26,987 nt of DNA, from positions 1 to 26,987 of the forward strand of contig JBIOZG010000045.1 of NCBI GenBank assembly GCA_044870765.1, read 5' to 3'. The DNA is from Nitrososphaeraceae archaeon (GTDB lineage Archaea > Thermoproteota > Nitrososphaeria > Nitrososphaerales > Nitrososphaeraceae). The notes beneath the pieces were generated by a model. That model searched no databases. It was not told where the DNA came from and was given only the letters and a program-made list of their open reading frames with translations. The translations under genes were made by a program, and so were the position numbers. Below are positions 9,249-18,931 of this stretch, in pieces (position 1 is the first letter of the stretch; each line of letters opens with the position of its first letter).

Positions 9249-11369
9249 ATGGTTGATAAACAAAAGATCCAAAATATTGTCGAATCTTCTAAGGGCAATC
9301 CAAAAGTTATAACCGAAGAATCGTCAAAAGAAATTCTAAGTGAATATGGAATCAAAGTCCCTCAATATGCACTTGTAACAAGTAGTGATGAGGCGGTAAA
9401 GAAATCAAAGGAGATTGGATTTCCTTTAGTGGCAAAGATTGTTTCAGCTGATATTTTACACAAGACAGATGTAGGTGGAGTAAAAGTAGGTTTAAGGTCT
9501 GAGGATGAAGTCAAAAAAGCTTTTGACGATATGTATCATAGGCTTAAAGAAAAATTTGATGTTAAAGGGGTCTTGTTGGAAAAAATGGTTCCAAATGGAG
9601 TTGAATTAATTATTGGACTCCAAAACGACTCGCAATTTGGTCCCTCAATCATGGTCGGATTAGGCGGTATCTACACGGAGTTACTTAAGGACGTTTCATT
9701 CAGAGTTCTACCGATTACAAAAGATGATGCAATAAAAATGTTGAATTCTCTAAGAGGCAGGGATATCCTCAAAGGGTTCAGGGGATCAAAAACCGTTAAC
9801 ATGGATATGATTTCTGAAGCAATTGTGAATATCGGAACCTTAGGAGTAGACTTGGCTGGCAAATATGAGAGCATTGACTTTAATCCTGTTGTTGTATACC
9901 CTGATGGATATTTTGTTGTAGATGCAAAGATTATACTCAAGGAAAAATCTTCAGATGATGCTATATCGAAAGCAACTCCCGATGCCAGTTTCATGGACTT
10001 GTTCTTTAATGCAAAATCGGTCGCGTTAATAGGAGCATCACCGGAACCAGGCAAGATAGGGAACTCTGTTATGGAGAGCCTTGTAAAACATGATTACAAG
10101 GGAAAGGTTTATCCCGTAAATGCAAAGGATTATCCTGAAATAATGGGTGTCAAGGCATACAAGAACCTATTGGACATCAAGGACCCAATTGATGTAGTAA
10201 TCGTTACCGTTGATCTTAAGTTTGTCCCTGACCTTCTTGCAGAATGTGGAAAAAAGAATATCCACAATATGGTAATAATCTCTGGCGGCGGTAAGGAATT
10301 AGGAGGAGAACGTGCAGCAATCGAGAAACGGGTTCAGGATCTTTCTCGTGAATTAAATGTTAGAATAATCGGCCCAAACTGCATCGGTATTTTTAACGGA
10401 GAAAATAGATTGGATTGCGCATTTCAAGGACATCTAAGAATGATAAGACCAAGACAAGGAAATGTGGCTTTTCTTTCTCAGAGCGGAACTGTTGGTATTG
10501 CTTTTATGGAGACGGCAGATGCGTTTGGATTAAGCAAGATGATCTCTTATGGTAACAGATCGGACGTTGATGAAGCTGACATGATACACTATTTAGCTCA
10601 AGATCCAGATACAAATGTAATTGGCTTGTATGTAGAAGGGCTAGGAGATGGTCGCAAATTTATGAATTCTGCAAAAAATGTAATAAAAGAGTATCAAAAG
10701 CCTATTGTTGTTTTCAAAAATGGACGATCTACTAAAGGGGCCAAACAAGCGGCGTCACATACTGGTTCTCTTGGTGGGTCTTTTGCAGTCATAAGTGGAG
10801 CCTTTGAGCAAACAGGAATTATTTCTGTGGATTCTTATGAAGAGTTGACATCAGCGCTCAAGGCATTGACATGGCAACCAGTTCCAAAAGGAAATAGGAT
10901 TGCCATGATAACAAATGGAGCAGGTCCAATTATAGCTGCGATAGATAATTTCGAAAGATTGAATTTAGAATTGGCTCAACTGAGTGATCAAACCATGAAA
11001 TCATTCAAGGAACATTATCCCGCCACCTATGTCATCGGCAACCCGTGCGATGTCACTGGTTCTGCAAGCGCAGATGATTACCGATTCGCAATACAAGCAT
11101 TTCTAGATGATCCCAATGTGGATATCGTCATGCCTTGGTTCGTTTTCCAAGATGACCCACTGGAAGAAAAAATAGTCGACATACTGGGAGATTTGCAAAA
11201 GCAAAATAAAAAGCCAATTCTTGTAGGCGCAATGGGCGGCCCGTTTACCGAGAAAATATCTAAAAAAATTGAAGCGTTCAACATACCGGTATACGAATCG
11301 GTAATCACCTGGATTACAGCGGCAGGGAGTCTGGCAAAATGGCAAAAAATTAAGGAAAGTCTAAAATAA
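9249..11369 (+). CDS. 3-hydroxypropionate--CoA ligase (ADP-forming), beta-alpha fusion; HP/HB carbon fixation cycle
   Basis: N-terminal ATP-grasp ([19 protein letters not shown]), then CoA-binding/ligase domains (IGAS...[24 protein letters not shown] phospho-His). Domain order and motifs ([33 protein letters not shown]) match my recollection of Nitrosopumilus Nmar_1309. Confidence 0.88.
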   Translation: MVDKQKIQNIVESSKGNPKVITEESSKEILSEYGIKVPQYALVTSSDEAVKKSKEIGFPLVAKIVSADILHKTDVGGVKVGLRSEDEVKKAFDDMYHRLKEKFDVKGVLLEKMVPNGVELIIGLQNDSQFGPSIMVGLGGIYTELLKDVSFRVLPITKDDAIKMLNSLRGRDILKGFRGSKTVNMDMISEAIVNIGTLGVDLAGKYESIDFNPVVVYPDGYFVVDAKIILKEKSSDDAISKATPDASFMDLFFNAKSVALIGASPEPGKIGNSVMESLVKHDYKGKVYPVNAKDYPEIMGVKAYKNLLDIKDPIDVVIVTVDLKFVPDLLAECGKKNIHNMVIISGGGKELGGERAAIEKRVQDLSRELNVRIIGPNCIGIFNGENRLDCAFQGHLRMIRPRQGNVAFLSQSGTVGIAFMETADAFGLSKMISYGNRSDVDEADMIHYLAQDPDTNVIGLYVEGLGDGRKFMNSAKNVIKEYQKPIVVFKNGRSTKGAKQAASHTGSLGGSFAVISGAFEQTGIISVDSYEELTSALKALTWQPVPKGNRIAMITNGAGPIIAAIDNFERLNLELAQLSDQTMKSFKEHYPATYVIGNPCDVTGSASADDYRFAIQAFLDDPNVDIVMPWFVFQDDPLEEKIVDILGDLQKQNKKPILVGAMGGPFTEKISKKIEAFNIPVYESVITWITAAGSLAKWQKIKESLK

Positions 11370-11461
11370 AATCTGTCGGAAATGGGTCTTTTATTTTATT
11401 TTCGCTCCCAGAATCTCATTTTCAAAACGTTATTATAGTTTAGCAGGACAATGTACTCATA

Positions 11462-11812
11462 ATGGAAAGTACACATCAAACTGAATTGATTACAATAAGT
11501 CCAAAGGCAGCAGAAAAAGTCACAGAATTCATGAAACAAGAGAATAAGGACAGCTTGTATCTCCGAGTTTATGTTTCTGGTGGAGGTTGTTCAGGTCTTT
11601 CATATGGTATGGGTTTTGAGGAAAAGCCAGACGAAGACGATAATGTGATTGATCAAAATGGCATCAAAATGATTGTCGATAGTTACAGTCAAAAATACCT
11701 AAAGGGAACAAACATCGATTACATTGAAAGCTTGATGGGATCTGGATTCAAGATTAATAATCCAAATGTAACAAAATCGTGTTCATGTGGACATTCCTTT
11801 TCAACTGAATAA
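11462..11812 (+). CDS. erpA: A-type Fe-S carrier (ErpA/IscA/HesB family)
   Basis: LRVYVSGGGCSGLSY, GFKINNPN, SCSCGHSF. Confidence 0.94.
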   Translation: MESTHQTELITISPKAAEKVTEFMKQENKDSLYLRVYVSGGGCSGLSYGMGFEEKPDEDDNVIDQNGIKMIVDSYSQKYLKGTNIDYIESLMGSGFKINNPNVTKSCSCGHSFSTE

Positions 11813-11819
11813 AAGAGAA

Positions 11820-11851
11820 TTTTTTAGTTACTTTTTTTATCTTATATTTTT
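11820..11851 (+). terminator. Oligo-T archaeal terminator after erpA
   Basis: Several T runs directly after the stop, in the convergent erpA/gdhA gap. Confidence 0.5.
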
Positions 11852-11883
11852 GTCGTGCGAAATTTTGTAATTGTCTCCAACGT

Positions 11884-13149
11884 CTAAGGCCACAGTCCTC
11901 TAATCTTTATGGCGTCAACTACTCTGTTCAACGCAACTACCATACTTGCAGTTCTCATGTGGGTATTGTGTTTTAAATGGGTATCATAAACACCTAAAAA
12001 TGCCTGTGTGATATTTGTATCCAACCGTTCATTAACTTCTGCTTCTGTCCAATAATCTCTACGCAGATTTTGCAACCATTCGAAATAGGATACAGTGACT
12101 CCACCACCGTTTGCCAGGATGTCAGGAATAACCAAAATTTTATTGTTAAATAATTTCTTGTCGGCTTCTGGAGTGGTAGGTCCATTCGCAGCCTCTGCTA
12201 CTATCTTGGCATTTATCTTTCCAGCGTTATCTTTTGTTATTTGGTTTTCGAGAGCAGCAGGGATCAAAATTGTACATTCTGTTTCAAGAAGTTCCTTATT
12301 GGAAATAGATTGGCTTCCGGCAAAATTTGTAACGGATCCTGCCTTTTCCTTGTGCTTCCTAAGTGAGTTAATATCAATTCCATTTTTATTACTTATGCAC
12401 CCTTTCGAATCGCTTGCTGCAATTATCGTTGCGCCTTGCTCTTCTACTAATTGTGCCGCAAATTGTCCTGCATTGCCGAATCCTTGAACAACGACCTTTG
12501 CATTTTTCATATCGATATTCAGCTTTTTTGCTGCTTCCCTAACAGTAATAGCAAGACCTCTTCCCGTTGCCTCATTACGTCCAAGAGATCCTCCAATCTG
12601 AATCGGTTTACCTGTGATAACTTCTGGTTGTATGTAATTACCCTTGATAACTGAAAATGTGTCCATAATCCATGCCATTTCCTTTCCACCAGTATAAACA
12701 TCAGGGGCGGGAATGTCTTTGTAAGGGCCAATGATATCTGAAATTCCATATGCATACCTTCTAGTCATTCTCTCCAACTCGCCATCAGACATGCTTTTTG
12801 GATCACATATTATACCGCCCTTTCCACCACCAAAGGGGATATTTGCTATGGCGCACTTCCAAGTCATCCACATAGAAAGCGCCTTAACTTCATCAATAGT
12901 TACTTGCGGATGGTAACGTATACCTCCTTTAAAAGGGCCCAAGGCATCGTTATGCTGAGATCGAAAACCCGTAAAAACTTTAATTGACCCATCATCCATT
13001 TTAACAGGAATAGATATAGTTAACACTCTCTTTGGTTGAGCCAAAAATTGATGTATACCATTGTCAAGTCCTATCATTGATGAAACTTCGTTAAGTTGTG
13101 TAAGTGCTACTTCATATGGATTGATTCCACTATTTTCAGAATTTGACAT
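11884..13149 (-). CDS. gdhA: Glutamate dehydrogenase (Glu/Leu/Phe/Val family)
   Basis: GPFKGGIRYH, MTWKCA, GGGKGG, DIPAPDV, ITGKP, EATGRG, QGFGNAG, EAANGP. ATG 13149 preferred over GTG 13170 because TTTAAATA sits about 23 nt upstream. Confidence 0.96.
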   Translation of the reverse strand: MSNSENSGINPYEVALTQLNEVSSMIGLDNGIHQFLAQPKRVLTISIPVKMDDGSIKVFTGFRSQHNDALGPFKGGIRYHPQVTIDEVKALSMWMTWKCAIANIPFGGGKGGIICDPKSMSDGELERMTRRYAYGISDIIGPYKDIPAPDVYTGGKEMAWIMDTFSVIKGNYIQPEVITGKPIQIGGSLGRNEATGRGLAITVREAAKKLNIDMKNAKVVVQGFGNAGQFAAQLVEEQGATIIAASDSKGCISNKNGIDINSLRKHKEKAGSVTNFAGSQSISNKELLETECTILIPAALENQITKDNAGKINAKIVAEAANGPTTPEADKKLFNNKILVIPDILANGGGVTVSYFEWLQNLRRDYWTEAEVNERLDTNITQAFLGVYDTHLKHNTHMRTASMVVALNRVVDAIKIRGLWP

Positions 13150-13205
13150 TACGTGAGTTGAAAAAATCACATATTTAAATTTTGAAGGAATCGAGTTTCT
13201 TTAAA

Positions 13206-13532
13206 TCATTTGTTAATCTTTTCGGATATAAGGAGCCTCAATTCCTGGTCATTTTTGTTCACATGGTCTATTCCCAAAGATTCGGCTATCAGTTCAAGTT
13301 TGTGTCGTTCACTGTCCACAGCTCCAGCTATACGCGGTCCAGCATAATTAGATTCATCTTCAATCCTTTGTTTAAGGGAAACCGCACGCATCTTTTCAAA
13401 TTCTCCCATTGCTTTTCCTATGGTTCTTGAGAATTCAGGTAATTTCTTTGAACCAAATAAGAGTATTACAATAAGCAATCCAATAATCATCCACTCTGAA
13501 CCCCCGATATTCATCTGGTAATTGGCAAGCAT
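13206..13532 (-). CDS. tatA: Twin-arginine translocase TatA/TatB family subunit
   Basis: IGGSEW, a TM helix, then LLFGSKKLPEFSRTIGKAMGEF. Likely start ATG 13532 (ORF extends to 13586). Confidence 0.9.
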   Translation of the reverse strand: MLANYQMNIGGSEWMIIGLLIVILLFGSKKLPEFSRTIGKAMGEFEKMRAVSLKQRIEDESNYAGPRIAGAVDSERHKLELIAESLGIDHVNKNDQELRLLISEKINK

Positions 13533-13735
13533 GCGATGGAATATTACCAAACAGAATGAAAAATAAGTCTTTGCCAAAAAGGACAATCTTAAAATTTTAA
13601 GTTTGGGAATACTTCATGATACTTTTAGCATATGTGAGAAAGTTCAAACTTACGTCAACGTCAATAAAATCCGAAAATAACTCCGGTAACAAAGAGAAAA
13701 TTCATTAATGCTAGACGCCAATCCTATTTCAGTAA

Positions 13736-14131
13736 ATGATATACGAAAGGGAACAGATCCTGGAAATTCGATCGTTTATAGAATCCTTAAATTATGAATG
13801 TGAAGCAGGCGCAGTAGTTGTAGTAGAGGGAAAAAAGGATGGAAATGCCTTGAGAGATATAGGATTCAATGGAGAGATTTTGGTTTACAATAATTTTAAA
13901 GGAATCATTAATCTTGTAGATTATGTGTCCAGAAAAGGAAAAAAGGTCATTCTTTTGCTTGATAGAGACAAGAAAGGCAAAGCTCTTACATCAAAAATTA
14001 TCAAAAAACTAGATCTGTTATGTCCCCATGATAATTTGTATTACAAAAAAAAGTTTGTGAAGATGACCAGGGGTAAGATTACATGTGTAGAAAACCTGTC
14101 TAAATATTGTTTACCGTTTGTGGAGAATTAG
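13736..14131 (+). CDS. Stand-alone TOPRIM-domain protein (RNase M5/small primase-like)
   Basis: VVVVEGKKD and ILLLDRDKKG (E and DxD motifs). Confidence 0.88.
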   Translation: MIYEREQILEIRSFIESLNYECEAGAVVVVEGKKDGNALRDIGFNGEILVYNNFKGIINLVDYVSRKGKKVILLLDRDKKGKALTSKIIKKLDLLCPHDNLYYKKKFVKMTRGKITCVENLSKYCLPFVEN

Positions 14132-14196
14132 CGTAAAAATGCGATTCCGTCAGTGCCTTAATCTAAGTTTATATCTGTTATGACCTATCCTAAGAT

Positions 14197-15438
14197 TTGA
14201 TGCAAAGAAGCATTGTAAATAGCTATGAGCTGAGGAATGATTTTCCAATTTTTAAGAAGAAAATTAATGGCAAGGACCTGGTATATCTCGATAATGCTTC
14301 TACTACGCAAAAGCCATATTCGGTGATAAATTCGATAACTGATTTTTATTCGAATTATAACTCTAATATTCATAGAGCGGTTTATCAACTCGCAGAAGAA
14401 GCTACAGAACTCTATGAGCAATCGCGTAAGAAAATTGCAAATTTTATTAACGTGCGTCCCGAAGAGATTATCTTCACAAGGAACACAACTGAATCAATAA
14501 ATCTTATTGCGCATTCTTGGGCGAGGTCGAATCTTAAGAAGGACGACGTTATAACCATAACCGAAATTGAACATCATAGTAATATCGTACCTTGGCAGAT
14601 ATTATGTCAAGAAATCGGAACGCGTTTAGAATATGTAGGAATAGATGAAAGCGGATTTCTGGATGTTGAATACTTGATTGAATTGATTTCATCAAGAAAA
14701 GTAAAATTGGTTTCGATAAGCCATATGTCAAATGTTCTTGGTACTATAGTACCAATTGAAAGGATCATTAAAACTGCCCATCAATACGACATACCGGTGA
14801 TTGTGGATGGCGCACAATCAGTGCCACATATGCCCGTAGATGCGAAAAATTTGGACTGTGATTTTTTGGTCTTTTCTGCGCATAAGATGTTAGGCCCCAC
14901 TGGAGTCGGAGTATTATATGCAAAGAAGGAATTACTTGAAAAGATGAAACCGTTCATGGGTGGTGGCGACATGATAAAGGAGGTTTTTAAATTTCACACA
15001 AATTACAACGAAGTACCATACAAGTTTGAGGCAGGTACTCCTAACATCGCAGATGTAGTTGGCTTTGGGGCAGCTGTCGACTATCTGGAAAAAATTGGGA
15101 TGGAAAATATAAGGAAACACGAAATTTATTTAACCGAATACGCTCTTGAATCAATGCAATCATTGAAATATATCACAATATATGGTCCCATGGATTCCAA
15201 ATTCAGAGGAGGAGTAATTTCATTTAATATTGCAGATATTCATCCTCATGATCTTGCAACAATAATGAATGATCATGGAATTGCAATAAGGTCTGGTCAT
15301 CATTGCGCTCAGGTATTGATGCAGAGACTTGATGTACCGGCTACTTCGAGGGCTAGCTTTTACATTTATAATACTAAAGAGGAAATAGATAAGTTCGTTA
15401 ATGCTATTAAGGAAGCAGGGAGGATCTTCAAAATATGA
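14197..15438 (+). CDS. sufS: Cysteine desulfurase, SufS (group II)
   Basis: YLDNASTTQKP, EHHSNIVPW, VDGAQ, FSAHKMLGPTG (PLP Lys), EAGTP, RSGHHCA. Confidence 0.96.
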   Translation: MMQRSIVNSYELRNDFPIFKKKINGKDLVYLDNASTTQKPYSVINSITDFYSNYNSNIHRAVYQLAEEATELYEQSRKKIANFINVRPEEIIFTRNTTESINLIAHSWARSNLKKDDVITITEIEHHSNIVPWQILCQEIGTRLEYVGIDESGFLDVEYLIELISSRKVKLVSISHMSNVLGTIVPIERIIKTAHQYDIPVIVDGAQSVPHMPVDAKNLDCDFLVFSAHKMLGPTGVGVLYAKKELLEKMKPFMGGGDMIKEVFKFHTNYNEVPYKFEAGTPNIADVVGFGAAVDYLEKIGMENIRKHEIYLTEYALESMQSLKYITIYGPMDSKFRGGVISFNIADIHPHDLATIMNDHGIAIRSGHHCAQVLMQRLDVPATSRASFYIYNTKEEIDKFVNAIKEAGRIFKI

Positions 15439-15863
15439 GCGATGATATATACAGAGAAATCATACTGGACCACTACAGAAACCCAAGAAATAAAGGAAAA
15501 TTGGAAAATGCAGACGTTACGGTACATGACAGTAACCCTCTATGTGGAGATGAAATTGATATGCATTTGAAGGTAAATGATGGTGTAATCAGCGACGTAA
15601 AATTTGAAGGAAAAGGATGCGCTATTAGCCAAGCAAGTGCCTCAATGTTAACTGAAATGGTTATGGGTAAAGATTTGAATGTAATCAAGGATTTGAAAAA
15701 GGAAGACATTCTTGAAAACATCGGCTTGACAAACCTGGGACCTGCAAGAATCAAGTGCGCGCTTCTTTCTCTGAAGGTATTGAAAGTAGGGATGATAAAA
15801 TATTATTCAGAAAATGATCCTAAATCCGCTGAACAAATCAAAAATGAATCTTCCCTTTATTGA
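15435..15863 (+). CDS. sufU: SufU/IscU-family Fe-S assembly protein
   Basis: YREIILDHYRNPRN, NPLCGD, GCAISQASAS, RIKCALL; ATGA overlap with sufS. Confidence 0.93.
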   Translation: MSDDIYREIILDHYRNPRNKGKLENADVTVHDSNPLCGDEIDMHLKVNDGVISDVKFEGKGCAISQASASMLTEMVMGKDLNVIKDLKKEDILENIGLTNLGPARIKCALLSLKVLKVGMIKYYSENDPKSAEQIKNESSLY

Positions 15864-15954
15864 CCGGCAATATTATATGAACAGTGCATTACTTTTGATT
15901 TTTAATTGATACTCTGGGTTTACTTTTGAGTCGAGAATTTCCTGGTAATTATGA

Positions 15955-16623
15955 TTGATATACATCCGATCATTTCAATTTATAGTCATTTTATCTTTAT
16001 TCATAATATTTACTATATTTGTCCACCTTCGTCTGTTCTTTCCAATAGACTCTTTTATCTTTGATAATTTCAGCTATTATGATCCTGGTCAGTTCTTCCT
16101 CTACTTTTTCGTAACAATTTCATCATTTGGTGAGGTAGTAAATCTGATTTTTGTAGCTATAGTATTTACGATCATTAGAAGAACAAGAAAAATGGGAATG
16201 ATTCTGATGATAGCAATAATGACTATCGCCATATCGGTATCTTATTTGAAACCAATAGTTGCTCAGCCAAAGCCTCCAGAATCACAAAAGATTCCTGTGC
16301 TTCCAAAGGGCTTCCAACTTGAGAGTGACAGCCTACTGACTGAAGCCCGAAATTTCTCATATCCATCAAATCACATGGCCATCATAACTGCTTTCGCATA
16401 CATTGTGGAAAATGTCATGCGACTGAAGACCAAGAAATATTCATTTCTTCTTTGGATACTACCACCAATGATTATGTTCTCAAATTTGGCTCTAGGATTA
16501 AACTATTTGAGCGATTTAATTGGTGGTTTTCTCTTAGGGCTAATAATTGCAATAATCCTGAGTCGTATCTTGAAACTTGAAGCCCCTTTTTTGATGAATC
16601 GGTTTAAAGGCGTTTCCCAATAA
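15955..16623 (+). CDS. PAP2-family membrane protein with degenerate catalytic motifs
   Basis: About 5-6 TM helices; LKPIVAQPKP, SYPSNH and SNLALGLNYLSDLIGG align to the three PAP2 motifs. Confidence 0.85.
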   Translation: MIYIRSFQFIVILSLFIIFTIFVHLRLFFPIDSFIFDNFSYYDPGQFFLYFFVTISSFGEVVNLIFVAIVFTIIRRTRKMGMILMIAIMTIAISVSYLKPIVAQPKPPESQKIPVLPKGFQLESDSLLTEARNFSYPSNHMAIITAFAYIVENVMRLKTKKYSFLLWILPPMIMFSNLALGLNYLSDLIGGFLLGLIIAIILSRILKLEAPFLMNRFKGVSQ

Positions 16624-16638
16624 CAATATTCTCGATTT

Positions 16639-16962
16639 TCATAATTTTTCTGCTATTTTGGGATTCAACAACAACCATCCATAGTTATCGTCATCATGAA
16701 TATATCTAATGTCTCTCAGATTAGCAATTAGCTTGTTTTTCTTTAGTGAGATGATAATTTCGGCGTGAATGGTAGCTCCTAATCTTTTTACGTCATAACC
16801 CGAATCCAGATGTCGTGGCAACAATATTCTCCAACTAAATTCTTCTGGTTTGGACTGCTTATAATGCTCAATAAATTCGTCAATCATCGGTTTAATTTCA
16901 GATATGTCATTTATTTTGCGTGTAAGTTGTACTGGAAACTTTCCCAGCTCCGATGAATTCAC
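16639..16962 (-). CDS. Hypothetical protein
   Basis: 107-aa ORF filling the gap, normal globular composition, GTG start. Confidence 0.75.
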   Translation of the reverse strand: MNSSELGKFPVQLTRKINDISEIKPMIDEFIEHYKQSKPEEFSWRILLPRHLDSGYDVKRLGATIHAEIIISLKKNKLIANLRDIRYIHDDDNYGWLLLNPKIAEKL

Positions 16963-17079
16963 AGTATTATATTTCCCGTATTGTAATTAAGCTAATTGAC
17001 TGAAATTCTCAATATAATAATAGGAGCGGATAAGGGCGGATAAGGTTTAAGAATAGTTAATTAGACATTTTGAATGTAG

Positions 17080-18792
17080 TTGACCATATCATCTAAAGTT
17101 GCTACTTCTAATAAATGGACGGATCTGGAGCATAACGGTGTGGCGTTTCCCCCAGAATATGTTCAACGTGGCATAAATATCAAAATTTTGGGAGAAATTT
17201 TCTTCTTGAATCGTGAGCAGGAAGAACTTATTTATGCATGGGCAAAAAAGAAAGAAACCCACTACGTCAAAGATCCTGTTTTTCAAGCCAATTTTCTTTC
17301 TGATTTCAAAAAATTGCTCCCCGAGCGATTCACGTCGGTTAGTAATATTGATGAAATCGACATGACAGAAGCATTTAGTTTGGTTGATAAGGAATTAAAG
17401 ATTAAGGAAAATGAAAAAATAAGAATAAAATCACTCACGAGAGATGAAAGAAGAAGAATTAGTCAGGAAAAGAAGTTAGAAAAAGAAAAATTAAAAGCGA
17501 TTTATGGACAAGCCAAAATTGATGGGATTGAGGTTGACGTAGCAAACTGGCTCGTTGAACCGCCTGGAATTTTCATGGGAAGAGGACTTCATCCTCTTAG
17601 GGGAAGATGGAAACCAAGGGTCACTCCAAAAGATGTAACCCTAAATTTAGGAGAGGACGCCTCGGCACCTGAAGGTCCATGGAATGCTATTGTACATGAC
17701 CACTACTCAACGTGGTTGGCTTCATGGATAGAAAACCTTACTGGAAAGAGAAAATACGTATGGTTACATGATTCATCTTACCTACGACAAGACAACGACA
17801 AAGCAAAATACGACATAGCAAAAAAATTAGAATACTACATTTCTGATATAGAAAAAGAAATTATCAATCAGATGTTAAGTTCCAAGGATGTAACTAGGAA
17901 AAAAATTGCCACAGTCTGCTATCTCATATTCAAGTTGGCAATGAGAGTCGGTGATGAAAAAGATTCTGATGAAGCAGATACTATTGGAGCATCTACCCTC
18001 AGGGTAGAACATTTGAAATTTCCAAAAATAGGTGACATGGTTCACATTGAATTTAATTTTCTTGGAAAAGACAGCGTGCCCTGGCAAAAAACTTTGGAGA
18101 TATCCAGTCCTGACACAAAGGCTCTTTACGAGAATTTATTGTTCTTCATGAAGGGAAAGGATAAATCGGATGAAATATTTGAAGATATCACATCATCTAA
18201 AGTAAATAAATTCCTTCGCTCAATTGACAAAGAAAATGTTCCCAATTTGACTGCGAAAGTTTTTAGAACGTACATAGCAACTGCCATTGTAAAGAAACAT
18301 CTGTCTGAACCAATCTTAAAGGTGAATAAAAATGAAAGTGAGTTTAAGAAAGTTTACGTTGCAAAGATTGCAAATCTACAGGCCGCGATAACCTGTAACC
18401 ACAAAAAAGGAATAGATCCCAAGAATCCTGCAAGTAAAAAAGCATGGGAGAAATTTGAACAATCTTTAGAGAACAAAAAGGAAAAAATTAAACAACTGCG
18501 AATGGAATTAAAAGAGAACAAATGGAAGACCGAACTACAGAAGCTAAGAAAGGAACAAAGAGTGGAAAAGTTGGAATTCCAATTAAGACTTCAGAAGGAG
18601 ACCAGGGATTATAACCTTGGAACGTCGTTAAGGAATTACATTGATCCGCGTGTTTTCAAATCGTGGTGCGAATATGTTGATTTAGATTGGACAAAGATTT
18701 ATACTAGCACTCTTCAACGAAAATTTAAGTGGATAGAACAGTATTCAAAAAGTGACCTAAAAAAATATTTGAGTATCAATAATAGAAAATAG
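17080..18792 (+). CDS. top1: DNA topoisomerase IB, eukaryote-like (thaumarchaeal)
   Basis: KWTDLEHNGV, VEPPGIFMGRG; catalytic set LAMRVGDEK, FLGKDSV, AKVFRTY, CNH and LGTSLRNYIDPR (Tyr). Confidence 0.97.
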   Translation: MTISSKVATSNKWTDLEHNGVAFPPEYVQRGINIKILGEIFFLNREQEELIYAWAKKKETHYVKDPVFQANFLSDFKKLLPERFTSVSNIDEIDMTEAFSLVDKELKIKENEKIRIKSLTRDERRRISQEKKLEKEKLKAIYGQAKIDGIEVDVANWLVEPPGIFMGRGLHPLRGRWKPRVTPKDVTLNLGEDASAPEGPWNAIVHDHYSTWLASWIENLTGKRKYVWLHDSSYLRQDNDKAKYDIAKKLEYYISDIEKEIINQMLSSKDVTRKKIATVCYLIFKLAMRVGDEKDSDEADTIGASTLRVEHLKFPKIGDMVHIEFNFLGKDSVPWQKTLEISSPDTKALYENLLFFMKGKDKSDEIFEDITSSKVNKFLRSIDKENVPNLTAKVFRTYIATAIVKKHLSEPILKVNKNESEFKKVYVAKIANLQAAITCNHKKGIDPKNPASKKAWEKFEQSLENKKEKIKQLRMELKENKWKTELQKLRKEQRVEKLEFQLRLQKETRDYNLGTSLRNYIDPRVFKSWCEYVDLDWTKIYTSTLQRKFKWIEQYSKSDLKKYLSINNRK

Positions 18793-18931
18793 CAAATCAT
18801 ATGAATACTATATTTACGCTTTTTATGATTTGCGTTCCGTATTCATACAATAAGTTAAAATTATCTACTGAACATAATTTTGATTTCTCAATCACAGAGA
18901 AATTTTTCATTTTTATGGAGTCGATAATCTA

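Noticed and set aside
9249-11369. Acetate--CoA ligase or 4-hydroxybutyryl-CoA synthetase
   Set aside because: Same superfamily, but the beta-alpha order and recalled motifs fit the 3-hydroxypropionate enzyme better; phylogeny would confirm.
13736-18792. TOPRIM plus topoisomerase as a defence or mobile system
   Set aside because: No ATPase, integrase, RT or effector partner; flanking genes are core housekeeping.
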